Shown here piece by piece: positions 37,552-47,442 of a stretch of DNA of 64,000 nucleotides. The stretch lies in contig JBGFSC010000049.1 in the NCBI GenBank assembly GCA_041694815.1, positions 1-64,000 on the forward strand, written 5' to 3'. Under the pieces are notes generated by a model, which made no database searches, was not told where the DNA came from, and saw nothing but the letters and a program-made list of their open reading frames with translations. The translations under genes were made by a program, and so were the position numbers. Every line of letters starts with the position of its first letter. Position 1 is the stretch's first letter. This DNA is from Elusimicrobiota bacterium (GTDB taxonomy: Bacteria; Elusimicrobiota; Elusimicrobia; UBA1565; JACRDR01).

Positions 37552-37600
37552 GGATTCCTCGAGAGGGGCGCATTAAGTATAGACCCGGTTCCGGCGCTCG

Positions 37601-38338
37601 TCAAGGGCAACAACAATCGAATCGATAGGTGTATTCAATGTCGGGGGGGCATGTCAGCGTCTCGGGAGGGGGTTGGTAGCACTCCCCATATGGGTTTGTC
37701 GGGGTGATGCACCATGTGGTACCAACGTGTTCGCCATTGTCGCACATAAACAATGCGTAACCGCATCGCGAGGCGGACGTTGCCGTCGGCGTGCAGCTCC
37801 TCGAGCAGGGCTGACCGCAATCGTCAACGCCCCACGCATCCGGTGATGGGCAGGGTGCTGGGGCGGCGCTGCAGGCATTAGGATCCGAAACGCAGCCCAA
37901 GGGACCCATAGCTGCGGCGGCCGGGCACGCGGAGCAGCTACCCGTTGCGCTCAGCTCGCCCACCTTGCCGGAGGCTGACATGCAGAAACCGGTGCTCGTG
38001 TCGCGACGCATGGCCTTGGCGACAACGCAGCCTCCATCGTCAGCGCCATAATAGACGTAGGGCGCCCTTTCCCAGTCTGGTCCCGAGAGTTTCTCTTCGG
38101 CCACCAAGACACTGGCCTCGTTGACCACGCCGACCGCATAGGCCTTGCCTGAGAGTTTCCGCGCCCGATTGGCGGCCGCTATGCTCGCCATGATGGTCTT
38201 GGCGTTATCAGCGCGCCATTGCTCGATAACCTTCTGGAAATGCGCCGCGCCCAGAAAGGCTAGCACTCCTACAATGACGGCGGCGAACAAGAGTTCGATC
38301 AAGGCAAGGCCGGTTTCCTCCGTCGACGCTAAAAACAC
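37601..38338 (-). CDS. Prepilin-type protein with Cys-rich C-terminus
   Basis: G|LALIELLFAAVIVGVL class III signal; 18 Cys. Confidence 0.7.
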   Translation of the reverse strand: MFLASTEETGLALIELLFAAVIVGVLAFLGAAHFQKVIEQWRADNAKTIMASIAAANRARKLSGKAYAVGVVNEASVLVAEEKLSGPDWERAPYVYYGADDGGCVVAKAMRRDTSTGFCMSASGKVGELSATGSCSACPAAAAMGPLGCVSDPNACSAAPAPCPSPDAWGVDDCGQPCSRSCTPTATSASRCGYALFMCDNGEHVGTTWCITPTNPYGECYQPPPETLTCPPDIEYTYRFDCCCP

Positions 38339-38360
38339 CGAAGGAATTAGCCGCCCAACG

Positions 38361-38933
38361 CTAAAAGCACTCCAAAGTCATCGTGCAGGGCAGGCCACAA
38401 TCGTCGGTACCGGAATTCGTCTGGCCGCATTGGGTTGGCATGGGAGCGCTGCAGTTCGTGGGCTTGCATGCAGGGGCCGAAACCAATACCCCCTCGCAGG
38501 CCGAGCAATTGCCGGCCTCATCGATGGTGCCAATCTTTCCGGTGATAGAGGCGCAAAAAAAATTGCCGGCATAAGGCATCTTAAGCGTTCCCCCTGGGCC
38601 GAACCATCGGCGCTTGGCAACCGCCATCACGCAGTTTCCGTCGGTACCGGCGAAAAGGTACGACGACCGATCCCAATCGGTCCCAGCGATCTTATCCTCG
38701 ATGACTAAGGGACTGTTCTCGTCAATGGGCCCGGCGACGACCGGCTTGCGCGCCGCCAACCTGGCGCGATTGGCGGCCGAGATGCTCGCGAGTATCGCCG
38801 TAGCGTTGTCAGCCCGCTGCTGTTCGACGAGCTTTTGAAATTGGGCAAGTCCTAGCATGGCCAAGATGGCGATGATCAAAACCGCGACCGTGAGTTCGAT
38901 CATCGTGTATCCGGGACATTCAAAATTTCTCAT
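38361..38933 (-). CDS. Prepilin-type (PilE-like) protein with Cys-rich C-terminus
   Basis: G|YTMIELTVAVLIIAIL; paralogous to the downstream gene. Confidence 0.8.
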   Translation of the reverse strand: MRNFECPGYTMIELTVAVLIIAILAMLGLAQFQKLVEQQRADNATAILASISAANRARLAARKPVVAGPIDENSPLVIEDKIAGTDWDRSSYLFAGTDGNCVMAVAKRRWFGPGGTLKMPYAGNFFCASITGKIGTIDEAGNCSACEGVLVSAPACKPTNCSAPMPTQCGQTNSGTDDCGLPCTMTLECF

Positions 38934-38954
38934 GCCGCTTGCATGATTAAGTCA

Positions 38955-39986
38955 CTAACCGCGGATCACCGCTGTAGAGGCGGGGGTCTTTACTTCAAAT
39001 TTATTGGAAGTGAAAAGCTTATTAATATGGAGCCACGTTCGGGAAAGACTCCCAATCGCTCGATCGACCAAATTGCCCGATTCTAGCGGCTGCAGCGTAA
39101 AGGCGGTGCCGGCTTGTAGCTCCATAGTGCTCCCGTCAAAGCGCATTACCATCACCCGATCACCATAATCCATATAAAGGACCCAATTCTTATGCTCATC
39201 TTTCATTCCAGCCGGGAGGACATACATCAGGCCGTCCGATAATACCGCCTTGACATGGCAATTCGTACAGTTCATGGTATTCGTCTTGCTGCCGGATGTA
39301 TCTGTTGTGCCCGCGGAACTGTCCGTCGTGCTACCGGAATCGATCACGTTACCATCGGCCGTCTCCGAGTCAGCGGTCGCGGAACTATCCGTCGTAGCGC
39401 CGGAATCGATCACGTTGCCATCGGCCGTTCCCGAATCAGCGGTCGCGTTGGGATCGATAAAATCGAGGGTAGCTTCATTCCATACGAAGCCGCTACCGGA
39501 GGTATCGGTGGTACTGCCAGAGCCGTCCGTCGTGCTGCAGGGATCAATCACGTTGCCATCGTAGGTGCTGCCGGAGCTGTCCGTCGTACTGCCGGAGCCG
39601 TCCGTGATGCCGGGGTCGATCACGTTGCCATCGTACGTGCTGCCGGAGCTGTCCGTCGTACTGCCGGAGCCGTCCGTGATGCCGGGGTCGATCACGTTGC
39701 CATCGTACGTACTGCCGGAGCTGTCCGTCGTACTGCCGGAGCCGTCCGTGATGCCGGGATCGATCACGTTGCCATCGTATGCTGGCTCCGAATCAGCAGT
39801 CGCGTTGGGATCGATAAAATCGAGGGTGGCTTCATTCCATACAAGACCGCTGTCATCGGTCGTAGGGGCTGGGTCAATGGGATCGACATACCAGCTCCCG
39901 TCATCGGTCTCATAGGTAAGCGCCGCGTAGGCGCTCGAAGCCAAGCAAGCCGATAACAAACAGATCGCAATGAATTTCGTTTTCAT
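38955..39986 (-). CDS. Secreted Asp/Ser/Thr-rich repeat protein ending in a partial FecR-like domain
   Basis: Signal peptide, 24-aa repeats, CTNCH, C-terminal FEVKTPASTAVIRG*. Confidence 0.65.
   Translation of the reverse strand: MKTKFIAICLLSACLASSAYAALTYETDDGSWYVDPIDPAPTTDDSGLVWNEATLDFIDPNATADSEPAYDGNVIDPGITDGSGSTTDSSGSTYDGNVIDPGITDGSGSTTDSSGSTYDGNVIDPGITDGSGSTTDSSGSTYDGNVIDPCSTTDGSGSTTDTSGSGFVWNEATLDFIDPNATADSGTADGNVIDSGATTDSSATADSETADGNVIDSGSTTDSSAGTTDTSGSKTNTMNCTNCHVKAVLSDGLMYVLPAGMKDEHKNWVLYMDYGDRVMVMRFDGSTMELQAGTAFTLQPLESGNLVDRAIGSLSRTWLHINKLFTSNKFEVKTPASTAVIRG
39490..39780 (-). repeat. 72-bp coding tandem repeat (~4 copies)
   Basis: Unit YDGNVIDPGITDGSGSTTDSSGST; DNA period 72 (e.g. 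39601 vs 39673); boundaries approximate. Confidence 0.85.
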
Positions 39987-40165
39987 ATCTTAAGGCTAGC
40001 CGGTTGTAGTTGCAAATTGGCAACAGCCAGTATATAAGGACAATGGCACTACCCGCAAGCCCTAAAAAATGATTATATTTAAATGCCTTCTTGAGATTAA
40101 CCCTGTTAATACATTGACTCAAATCCCATTTACTCCTAAGATGTAGATGCATTTTTAAAAATTCC

Positions 40166-40879
40166 TTGCTCAATAAGCCAACCGCCCTATTTTGGACCGC
40201 GATCGGGGTCCTGTATCTGGCCTGCATGGGCCTGGGTTGGCTTTTGTTTCAATTTGCCTCCCCCCGGGACGTCCAACAGGTATTGATGGCGCTAGCTGGA
40301 AATGCCAAGGCGCAATATATCCAGGGAGTGCGTTACGAGAAGTGGGGCCTGGCGCCCGATCCCAGGACGGCTGTGAGCTTTTATGAAAAATCCGCACGGC
40401 AGGGCTTCGCGCCGGCACAACATCGATTGGCCATAGCGTATCTTAAAGGGATAGGCGGCCTCACGGCCAATCCACAGGCGGCCTTCGAGTGGGAAAAAAA
40501 AGCCGCCGAGCAGGGATTCGCGCCCGCTCAAAACGAACTGGGTCTTCTCTATCAGGTAGGTCGCGGGGTTGCGAAGGATTACAAGCAGGCGGCCGCTTGG
40601 CATCGGAAGGCCGCGGAAAGGAATTTTCCCCAGGCCATGCATTATCTGGGGCTTCTGCATAAAACCGGCCGCGGCGTGGGCCCTCCAAATATCGTCCTCG
40701 CCTATCAATGGCACGCCGCCGAGCGGATGCGCTCCCGACGCCCGTGCACGGACTCGGCCTTTCTGCGGAAATTGCTTAAGCCACAGCAGATTTCGGCCGC
40801 CGAAAAGGCGGCGGCTGCCTTCCTAAAAAAGCATCCCGCCCCCAAGGCGAGTCCCTCGGAAGCTTTTGACCCCGATTAG
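40166..40879 (+). CDS. Sel1-repeat protein with N-terminal TM
   Basis: AQYIQG, AQHRLA, AQNELG, AMHYLG repeats with KAAEQG. Confidence 0.88.
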   Translation: MLNKPTALFWTAIGVLYLACMGLGWLLFQFASPRDVQQVLMALAGNAKAQYIQGVRYEKWGLAPDPRTAVSFYEKSARQGFAPAQHRLAIAYLKGIGGLTANPQAAFEWEKKAAEQGFAPAQNELGLLYQVGRGVAKDYKQAAAWHRKAAERNFPQAMHYLGLLHKTGRGVGPPNIVLAYQWHAAERMRSRRPCTDSAFLRKLLKPQQISAAEKAAAAFLKKHPAPKASPSEAFDPD

Positions 40880-40917
40880 CAAGAAAATTCGCATCAGAGC
40901 CTAACCACGATAGCCCT

Positions 40918-41808
40918 GTGAACGCTGTTTTTCGACTTGGCATCGACCTAGGCGGCACCAAGATCGAAGGAGTGGTGCTCGGGCCGCGCTTAAAGCAGCT
41001 TTTTCGGGAACGCATCCCGACGGAACAGGAGGGCGGCTACCGCCATATACTCTCGAATATCGCGCGCCTGTATGCGCGCATGCGGCGGGAGATCGGCGGA
41101 CGCACCCACGCGCTTGGGCTCGGCGCCCCGGGGACCGTCGATTACCGGACGGGGCGGGTCAAGAACTCGAACACGCTCTGCCTCAACGGCAAGCCGCTGC
41201 GCCGGGACCTGCGGGGCCTGCTGCGCCATCCCCTGGTGGTCGAAAATGACGCCAATTGCTTCGCATTGGCCGAGGCCCTGCTCGGCGCCGGACGGGGGCA
41301 TTCGATGGTCTTCGGAATCATCATGGGCACCGGCTGCGGCGGGGGCATCGTGCATCAAGGCCGGCTCTGGCGCGGCAGGCAGGGCATCGCCGGCGAGTGG
41401 GGCCATTCCTCGATAGACCCCAGGGGGCCCCTCTGTTACTGCGGGCAGAGGGGCTGCGTGGAAACCTTCATCAGCGGCGGCGGCCTCGAGCGGCTCTATC
41501 GGCTGCGCTACGGGCGGCGGCTAGCCCTCCCGGAGATCGTGGCCCGCTTCCGCAAGCGCGAAAGGAACGCGTCGCGGCTTATGACCGAGTTCTTCGCGCG
41601 TTTCGGCCGAGCCGCGGCCAACCTCATCGACCTGCTCGACCCGGATATTATCGTGCTCGGGGGAGGAGTCTCGAATATCCGGGAGATATACACCCGGGGA
41701 ATCCGGGAAGTCGCGCGGCGAGTCTTCAACGAGCGCCTGGAAACCCCGATCGTCCGCCACCAGCTCGGCGATTCGGCCGGCGTGCTGGGCGCCGCGATGA
41801 TCGCCTAG
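40918..41808 (+). CDS. ROK family sugar kinase (Mak/fructokinase-like)
   Basis: GIDLGGTK, ENDANC, GTGCGGG, GEWGH, CYCG..GCVE. Confidence 0.92.
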   Translation: MNAVFRLGIDLGGTKIEGVVLGPRLKQLFRERIPTEQEGGYRHILSNIARLYARMRREIGGRTHALGLGAPGTVDYRTGRVKNSNTLCLNGKPLRRDLRGLLRHPLVVENDANCFALAEALLGAGRGHSMVFGIIMGTGCGGGIVHQGRLWRGRQGIAGEWGHSSIDPRGPLCYCGQRGCVETFISGGGLERLYRLRYGRRLALPEIVARFRKRERNASRLMTEFFARFGRAAANLIDLLDPDIIVLGGGVSNIREIYTRGIREVARRVFNERLETPIVRHQLGDSAGVLGAAMIA

Positions 41809-41813
41809 TCAAA

Positions 41814-42686
41814 TTAATCGACGATCTCGCCACCCTGCAGGGCCAAGGTCTCCCCGCTCACATAGCTTGAATCGGCCTCGGAGGCGAAAAAGACGAAGGC
41901 GGGTGCTATCTCCTCGGGCTGGGCGGGACGCCCCATGGGCGTTTGGCCCCCGAACTCAGAGACCTGCTCGGGAGGCCGGTCGGAGGGATTGAGCGGGGTC
42001 CATACCGGCCCCGGCGCCACGCTGTTGACGCGTACGCCGCGCTCGATCAAGTTCGCCGCCAAGGAACGGGTGAAGGCCTCGATGGCTCCCTTGGTCGACG
42101 AGTAGTCAAGCAAGTGCTTGCTGCCCCGCAGCGCGGCGACCGAGCTACAATTGATGATCGACGATCCCGGTCCCAGATGCTTGAGCGCCGCCTGTACCAT
42201 ATAGAAATAACCATAGATATTGGTCTTGAACGTCCTGTCCCATTGCTCCAGCGAAATATCCTCGGGGCGCTCCTGCGTGCGCTGGTAAGCGGCGTTGTTG
42301 ACTAGTATATGCAGCCCCCCGAGCTCCCGCACCGTGCGCTCCACCGCCTTGCGGCAGAAATCGGGGTCGCGCACGTCCCCGGGGATCCTCAAAGCCTTTC
42401 TTTTTTCCGCTTCGATCGCGCCGGCCGTTTCCCGGGCGTCGCTCTCTTCCTCATGCAGGTAGACGATCGCCACGTCGGCCCCTTCCTGGGCGTAGAGCAC
42501 TGCCACGGCCCTGCCGATCCCCGAGTCTCCCCCGGTCACCAAGGCCACCTTCCCGCGAAGCTTTCCGGCGGGGCGGTATTCCGGACCGCGGTATTGCGGC
42601 CTCGGTTTTAGCTTCGACTCGATGCCCGGTTTCTTCTGGTGCTGGGGCGGAAACGGCGGCTTGGGATAGGCGTGTTTTCGATTCAT
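41814..42686 (-). CDS. SDR oxidoreductase (YdaD/YhxC general-stress type)
   Basis: TGGDSGIG, NNAAYQ, YSSTK, PGPVWTP. Confidence 0.92.
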   Translation of the reverse strand: MNRKHAYPKPPFPPQHQKKPGIESKLKPRPQYRGPEYRPAGKLRGKVALVTGGDSGIGRAVAVLYAQEGADVAIVYLHEEESDARETAGAIEAEKRKALRIPGDVRDPDFCRKAVERTVRELGGLHILVNNAAYQRTQERPEDISLEQWDRTFKTNIYGYFYMVQAALKHLGPGSSIINCSSVAALRGSKHLLDYSSTKGAIEAFTRSLAANLIERGVRVNSVAPGPVWTPLNPSDRPPEQVSEFGGQTPMGRPAQPEEIAPAFVFFASEADSSYVSGETLALQGGEIVD

Positions 42687-43052
42687 GGCTGGACTTTAGC
42701 CTACTCCTTAAAGGGACGGCGACGGCGGAAGGGTAAAGCTTACTTGCCGAAGCTACGACGGCAAGCCTAGGCCGAGCGCCTAAGCCTGGATCCGGCGCTC
42801 TTGGGGCGTAGCGGGCGCAGGAACCAGTGGCGGGCATTACCGACGGAGCCGCTGTCCTTGCGCCAGAGATACGCTTGGGCGTTTAGGAAACGTCGCATAC
42901 CCCCACACTATAACTATTTTTTTAAACGATTTGGCAAGAGGCAGCCTGTATTTTAATATTACGCTCATTTTATAAGCATATTTTTCTTGAAAATTTCTTT
43001 CGAGGAACGGAGGAGGAATAGCAGCTATCCTATGGCGAAGCAGGAGGATCGA

Positions 43053-43910
43053 ATGAATATCGGAAAAGCGGCGATGATAGCGGCGGTGGCGGCCATGAGC
43101 CTCGATGCGGCCCAAGCGCAGGTGCCTATCGTTCCAGAAAGCCACATTCCTTACATTATAGATGCGGCACGACAGGCCAATATTGACCCCGCATTGATAG
43201 CGGCGACGGCCGCCAAAGAGTCCAATTTCGGGCCCAATGCTTTTCGAGAGGAGCCCGGCCTTGCTCGCGTCTCCTGGGAGGACTGGGTGCATTTCGATGG
43301 CTCATTAGGGCCGATGCAGGTTTTGCGTTCCAATTTTAAGGCCTACGGCATCCATTCGGACGCGCAAGCCATGGACCTGGCTACTAATTATCTAATCGGC
43401 GCACTCATCTTGCGCAGGAACCTCGATCGATGCGGCAGCATTTGGGGAGCCGCGACGGCTTACAATGGCGGCTCCTGCGCTGGATATACGACTCCAGGCT
43501 ACGCGGCGCATGTTGTATCGCTGTACCGGACCTACAAGACTCATTTAAATGCGATAAACGCCTCTCGCTGCCGTGTATCAGCGCAACATGTTCGGGATTG
43601 GTATGCGGAGTTCTTAGGGCGAAGCGCTGCTTGGGAGGAGATCAGCGGCCGTATCGGCCGGGATTGCGAGGCGGCGCGCGCCGAGATCATGGACTCCGTG
43701 GAAGCGATAAGACGCAAAGCTTATTTTGCCGAAGGATGCGCGGTGCGGCCCAATCACGTTATCGCCTGGTATAATCAGTTCCTCAGCCGCCCGCCAGAAA
43801 ACTGGGGCGCGATCGCGGGCAATCTGGAACGCGATTGCAACGCGGTGCGCCAGGATATCAAGAACTCAAGAGAGGCTCAATTGCTGGCGTTTAGTTTCGA
43901 CCGCTATTGA
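43053..43910 (+). CDS. Lytic transglycosylase (SLT) with duplicated C-terminal domain
   Basis: Signal peptide, KESNF, GPMQV, AYNGG; GGAGG SD. Confidence 0.8.
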   Translation: MNIGKAAMIAAVAAMSLDAAQAQVPIVPESHIPYIIDAARQANIDPALIAATAAKESNFGPNAFREEPGLARVSWEDWVHFDGSLGPMQVLRSNFKAYGIHSDAQAMDLATNYLIGALILRRNLDRCGSIWGAATAYNGGSCAGYTTPGYAAHVVSLYRTYKTHLNAINASRCRVSAQHVRDWYAEFLGRSAAWEEISGRIGRDCEAARAEIMDSVEAIRRKAYFAEGCAVRPNHVIAWYNQFLSRPPENWGAIAGNLERDCNAVRQDIKNSREAQLLAFSFDRY

Positions 43911-43914
43911 GTGC

Positions 43915-44448
43915 TCAATTCCACCACTTCTTCCGCCAGGCCTTGTTCCACCACGATTTAAGGGGCACCATGGTCTGGGTATGCCAGCCGGATTGGTTCA
44001 ATTCCCAGACATGGGACCAGACCTCCTCCCAGCTCTTTCCCCCGTTCCAGACCAGATAATCCCAATCGCCCGGCACCGACGCCGCCGAGCTGGCCCAGGC
44101 CCATTTCCCGATGCTCTTAAGCTCGCCGTTCAAACGCGGGCTGCGCACCCAGACCCAGCTTCCGGCCGGCCATTCCCACCACCACTTCCCGTTTTTCATC
44201 CCCTTGAAGACGAAATGCGACGAGGTGGCCTTGACGCCCTTTTGGTTGCGAATCCAGGCGGCCTTCTTGTAGAGCTCTTCCCAATCCGGGGCGTCGACCC
44301 AGATCATCATGTCCCACGGGCCGGTGACGAGCCAGGCGCCGATTGCCTCCTCCCATCCCTGGGCTTGCTTCCATAGCTTTTCGCTGACTTCGCGATCCGC
44401 CTGGACCAACAAATAGGCGCTGCGCTTAGACCACTCCTTCGTTTTCAT
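43915..44448 (-). CDS. Trp-rich protein with two Lrp/AsnC ligand-binding-like modules
   Basis: VTGPWDMMIWV and VPGDWDYLVW; 27 Trp in 177 aa; AGGAGG SD. Confidence 0.6.
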   Translation of the reverse strand: MKTKEWSKRSAYLLVQADREVSEKLWKQAQGWEEAIGAWLVTGPWDMMIWVDAPDWEELYKKAAWIRNQKGVKATSSHFVFKGMKNGKWWWEWPAGSWVWVRSPRLNGELKSIGKWAWASSAASVPGDWDYLVWNGGKSWEEVWSHVWELNQSGWHTQTMVPLKSWWNKAWRKKWWN

Positions 44449-44559
44449 GTCTCCTCCTGAATTTCGAGCAAGGTATGAATTTTTACGGGCAGCGTCAAAC
44501 TTTATTTGCCGGCCCGTCGTGGCCGGCCTTCGTCGTCGCGGCTATAATCCCCGTTTCCC

Positions 44560-47436
44560 ATGGACGCGACCCGACTGGCGAAAGAGCTCTCCGCGAACCT
44601 GCGGGGAGAGGTGCGCTTCGACGATGCCAGCCGCGCCCTCTACGCCACCGACGCCTCCAATTACCGCCAGACGCCGATCGGCGTCGTCCTCCCACGGGAC
44701 GCCGAGGACGTAGAGGCGGGGCTGGCCATCTGCAGGGCGCACGGCGCGCCCGTGCTGGCCCGGGGTGGGGGAACGAGCCTGGCCGGCCAATGCTGCAACG
44801 TCGCGGTGGTCTTCGACTTCTCCAGGCATATAGGGCGCGTCCTCGAGATAGACCCGGCCCGCCGGACGGCGCGGGTCCAGCCCGGAGTGGTTTTGGACCG
44901 GTTAAGGGCCGAGGCCGCTCCCTTCGGCCTCACCTTCGGCCCGGACCCGTCGACGCACGGGCAATGCACGATGGCCGGCATGATCGGCAACAACTCCTGC
45001 GGGGTGCATTCGCTGGCGGCCGGGCGCAGCTCCGACAACGTGCATGAGTTGGAGGTACTGACCTACGAGGGGGAGCGCTTCAAGGTCGCCGCCACCGACG
45101 CGGCGTCCTACGAGAAGATCCTCGCGCAGGGAGGCCACCGCTCGGAGATCTACCGTAGGCTGCGGCGGATCGCCGAGGTCCACGGGCCTCTTATCCGCAG
45201 CCGCTTTCCCAAGATCCCGCGACGGGTCTCGGGCTACAATCTCGACGAGCTGCTTCCCGAAAACGGCTTCCACGTCGCCCGCTCCTTGAGCGGCAGCGAG
45301 GGCACCTGCGTGATCATGCTCGAGGCCCTCGTGCGGCTCATCCCCGACCCCCCGTTCAAAGCCCTGCTCGTGCTCGGCTATCCCGACATATTCTCCGCGG
45401 CCGACCATGTCCCCGAGATACTGCGGCACGAGGCCCACGGCCTGGAAGCCATCGACGAGGCGCTGATCGCGGATCTCAAGAGGAAAAGGCTCGCGGCCGC
45501 GCACGCCGCGCTGTTTCCTCCGGGCCGCGGCTGGCTGCTAGTGGAGTTCGGCGGCTGGAGCCGGCCGGAGGCGGAAGGTCGCGCTCAAGGCCTGATGCGG
45601 CGGCTTCGGGAGTCGCCGGAGGCACCGTCGATGCGCCTATACGACGACCCGGCCCAAGCGCGGCAGGTATGGAAGGTGCGGGAATCCGGGCTCGGTGCGA
45701 CGGCCCGGGTGCCCGGCCAAAAAGACGCCTGGGAAGGCTGGGAGGACTCCGCCGTGCCTCCCGACAGGCTCGGGCGTTACCTTCGAGAATTCCAGGCCCT
45801 CCTGAAGAAGCATGGCTATCGTTCCGCGCTCTACGGGCATTTCGGGCAGGGCTGCGTGCACTGCCGGATCGACTTCGACTTGACGACCCGCGAGGGCCTG
45901 CGCCGTTACCGGGCCTTCGCGGAGGCCGCGGCCGATCTCGTCGTCCGGCACGGCGGCTCGCTTTCCGGCGAGCACGGCGATGGGCAGGCCAGGGCGGAGC
46001 TATTGCCCAAGATGTTCGGCCAGGAACTGCTTTCCGTCTTCCGGGAGTTCAAGGCGGCCTGGGACCCGGGCAACAAGATGAATCCCGGGAAGCTGGTCGA
46101 CGCCTATCGTCTCGATGAAAATCTCCGACTCGGCGCCGACTACGCGCCTTTGGCGCCGGCGACGATCCTCCGCTTCCCGGAGGACGACGGCAGCTTCGCC
46201 CGCGCGGCCCTGCGCTGCGTGGGCGTGGGAGACTGCCGCAAGGAGAAAGGCGGCGTCATGTGCCCCAGCTACCGGGCCACACTGGAGGAAAGGCACAGCA
46301 CGCGCGGCCGGGCGCACCTGCTCTTCGAGATGCTGCGCGGCTCGCTTCCGCTCTGGGGCGAACCCGTGCACGAGGCGCTCGACCTCTGCCTTTCCTGCAA
46401 GGGATGCAAGAGCGATTGCCCGATGAGCGTGGATATGGCCGCCTACAAGGCGGAATTCCTTTCGCACTACTACCGTGGCCGGCTGCGGCCGCGCTCGGCC
46501 TATTCGATGGGCTGGGTCCACCGTTGGGCGGCCCTGGCCGCGAAGGCGCCCCGGGCCGCGAACGCCCTGGCCTCGATGCCGCTTCTGTCATCGGCGATCA
46601 AATGGGCGGCGGGGATCGCTCCCCAGCGCCGGCTCCCGCGTTTCTCCGAGCGCAGCTTTCGCGCCTGGATGGCCGAACGCCGCCCCCATGCCGCGGCCGG
46701 CGCGGAGCCCGTCATCCTATGGCCCGACACCTTCACGAACTACTTTCACCCGGAAGTCGGCCGCGCCGCCGCGGAATTGTTGGAAGCCGCCGGCTGTCTG
46801 CTGGAAATCCCGCCCGCCGGCCTTTGCTGCGGCAGGCCCCTCTACGACTACGGCATGCTGGGCGAGGCCCGCCGCCTGCTCCAACGGGTCCTGGAATCCC
46901 TCCGCCCCCGCATCCGCGCCGGAGCACCCCTCATCGCCCTGGAGCCCGGCTGCCTGTCCGTCTTCCGAGACGAGCTCGCGCAGCTTTTCCCGCAGGACCA
47001 AGACGCGCGCCGCCTAAGCGAGCAGAGCTTCTCGCTGGACGAATTCCTATGCAAGAGGCGCCCGGGATTTAATCCCGGGGAGCTGCAAAAGAGGGCCCTG
47101 GTGCACGGCCATTGCCATCAGAAGGCGCTCGTCGGCATGTCCTTCGAGGAAAGCCTGCTGCGCAAGGCGGGCCTGCAGATCGAGACGCTCGACGCCGGCT
47201 GCTGCGGCATGGCGGGCGCCTTCGGCTTCGAGAAGGCGCATTACGAGGTCTCGCAGAGATGCGGCGAGCTGGGCCTGTTTCCGGCCGTGCGCGCGGCCGC
47301 TCCGGATACGCTGCTCGTCGCCGATGGCTTCAGCTGCCGCGAGCAGATACTGCAGGCCACGGGCCGGCGCGCGTTGCACCTAGCCCAGGTGCTGCGCCTG
47401 GCCCTCGATCACGGCGGAGCGGATTACATATACTGA
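44560..47436 (+). CDS. FAD-linked oxidase / 4Fe-4S / CCG-domain fusion (GlcD-GlcF, YdiJ-like)
   Basis: RGGGTSLAGQ, SGEHGDG, CVGVGDC, CLSCKGC, two CCG motifs. Confidence 0.92.
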   Translation: MDATRLAKELSANLRGEVRFDDASRALYATDASNYRQTPIGVVLPRDAEDVEAGLAICRAHGAPVLARGGGTSLAGQCCNVAVVFDFSRHIGRVLEIDPARRTARVQPGVVLDRLRAEAAPFGLTFGPDPSTHGQCTMAGMIGNNSCGVHSLAAGRSSDNVHELEVLTYEGERFKVAATDAASYEKILAQGGHRSEIYRRLRRIAEVHGPLIRSRFPKIPRRVSGYNLDELLPENGFHVARSLSGSEGTCVIMLEALVRLIPDPPFKALLVLGYPDIFSAADHVPEILRHEAHGLEAIDEALIADLKRKRLAAAHAALFPPGRGWLLVEFGGWSRPEAEGRAQGLMRRLRESPEAPSMRLYDDPAQARQVWKVRESGLGATARVPGQKDAWEGWEDSAVPPDRLGRYLREFQALLKKHGYRSALYGHFGQGCVHCRIDFDLTTREGLRRYRAFAEAAADLVVRHGGSLSGEHGDGQARAELLPKMFGQELLSVFREFKAAWDPGNKMNPGKLVDAYRLDENLRLGADYAPLAPATILRFPEDDGSFARAALRCVGVGDCRKEKGGVMCPSYRATLEERHSTRGRAHLLFEMLRGSLPLWGEPVHEALDLCLSCKGCKSDCPMSVDMAAYKAEFLSHYYRGRLRPRSAYSMGWVHRWAALAAKAPRAANALASMPLLSSAIKWAAGIAPQRRLPRFSERSFRAWMAERRPHAAAGAEPVILWPDTFTNYFHPEVGRAAAELLEAAGCLLEIPPAGLCCGRPLYDYGMLGEARRLLQRVLESLRPRIRAGAPLIALEPGCLSVFRDELAQLFPQDQDARRLSEQSFSLDEFLCKRRPGFNPGELQKRALVHGHCHQKALVGMSFEESLLRKAGLQIETLDAGCCGMAGAFGFEKAHYEVSQRCGELGLFPAVRAAAPDTLLVADGFSCREQILQATGRRALHLAQVLRLALDHGGADYIY

Positions 47437-47442
47437 CGGCCG

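Noticed and set aside
39490..39780. Possible CRISPR array
   Set aside because: Contiguous 72-bp in-frame coding repeats, no unique spacers, no cas genes
40918..41808. ROK kinase as an IolC substitute
   Set aside because: About 10 kb from the iol operon, separate unit, and IolC is PfkB-family; no sequence evidence for a link
42700..42900. Structured ncRNA or riboswitch upstream of the SDR
   Set aside because: Only short hairpins (e.g. CTTGCCG...CGGCAAG); no recognisable family motif
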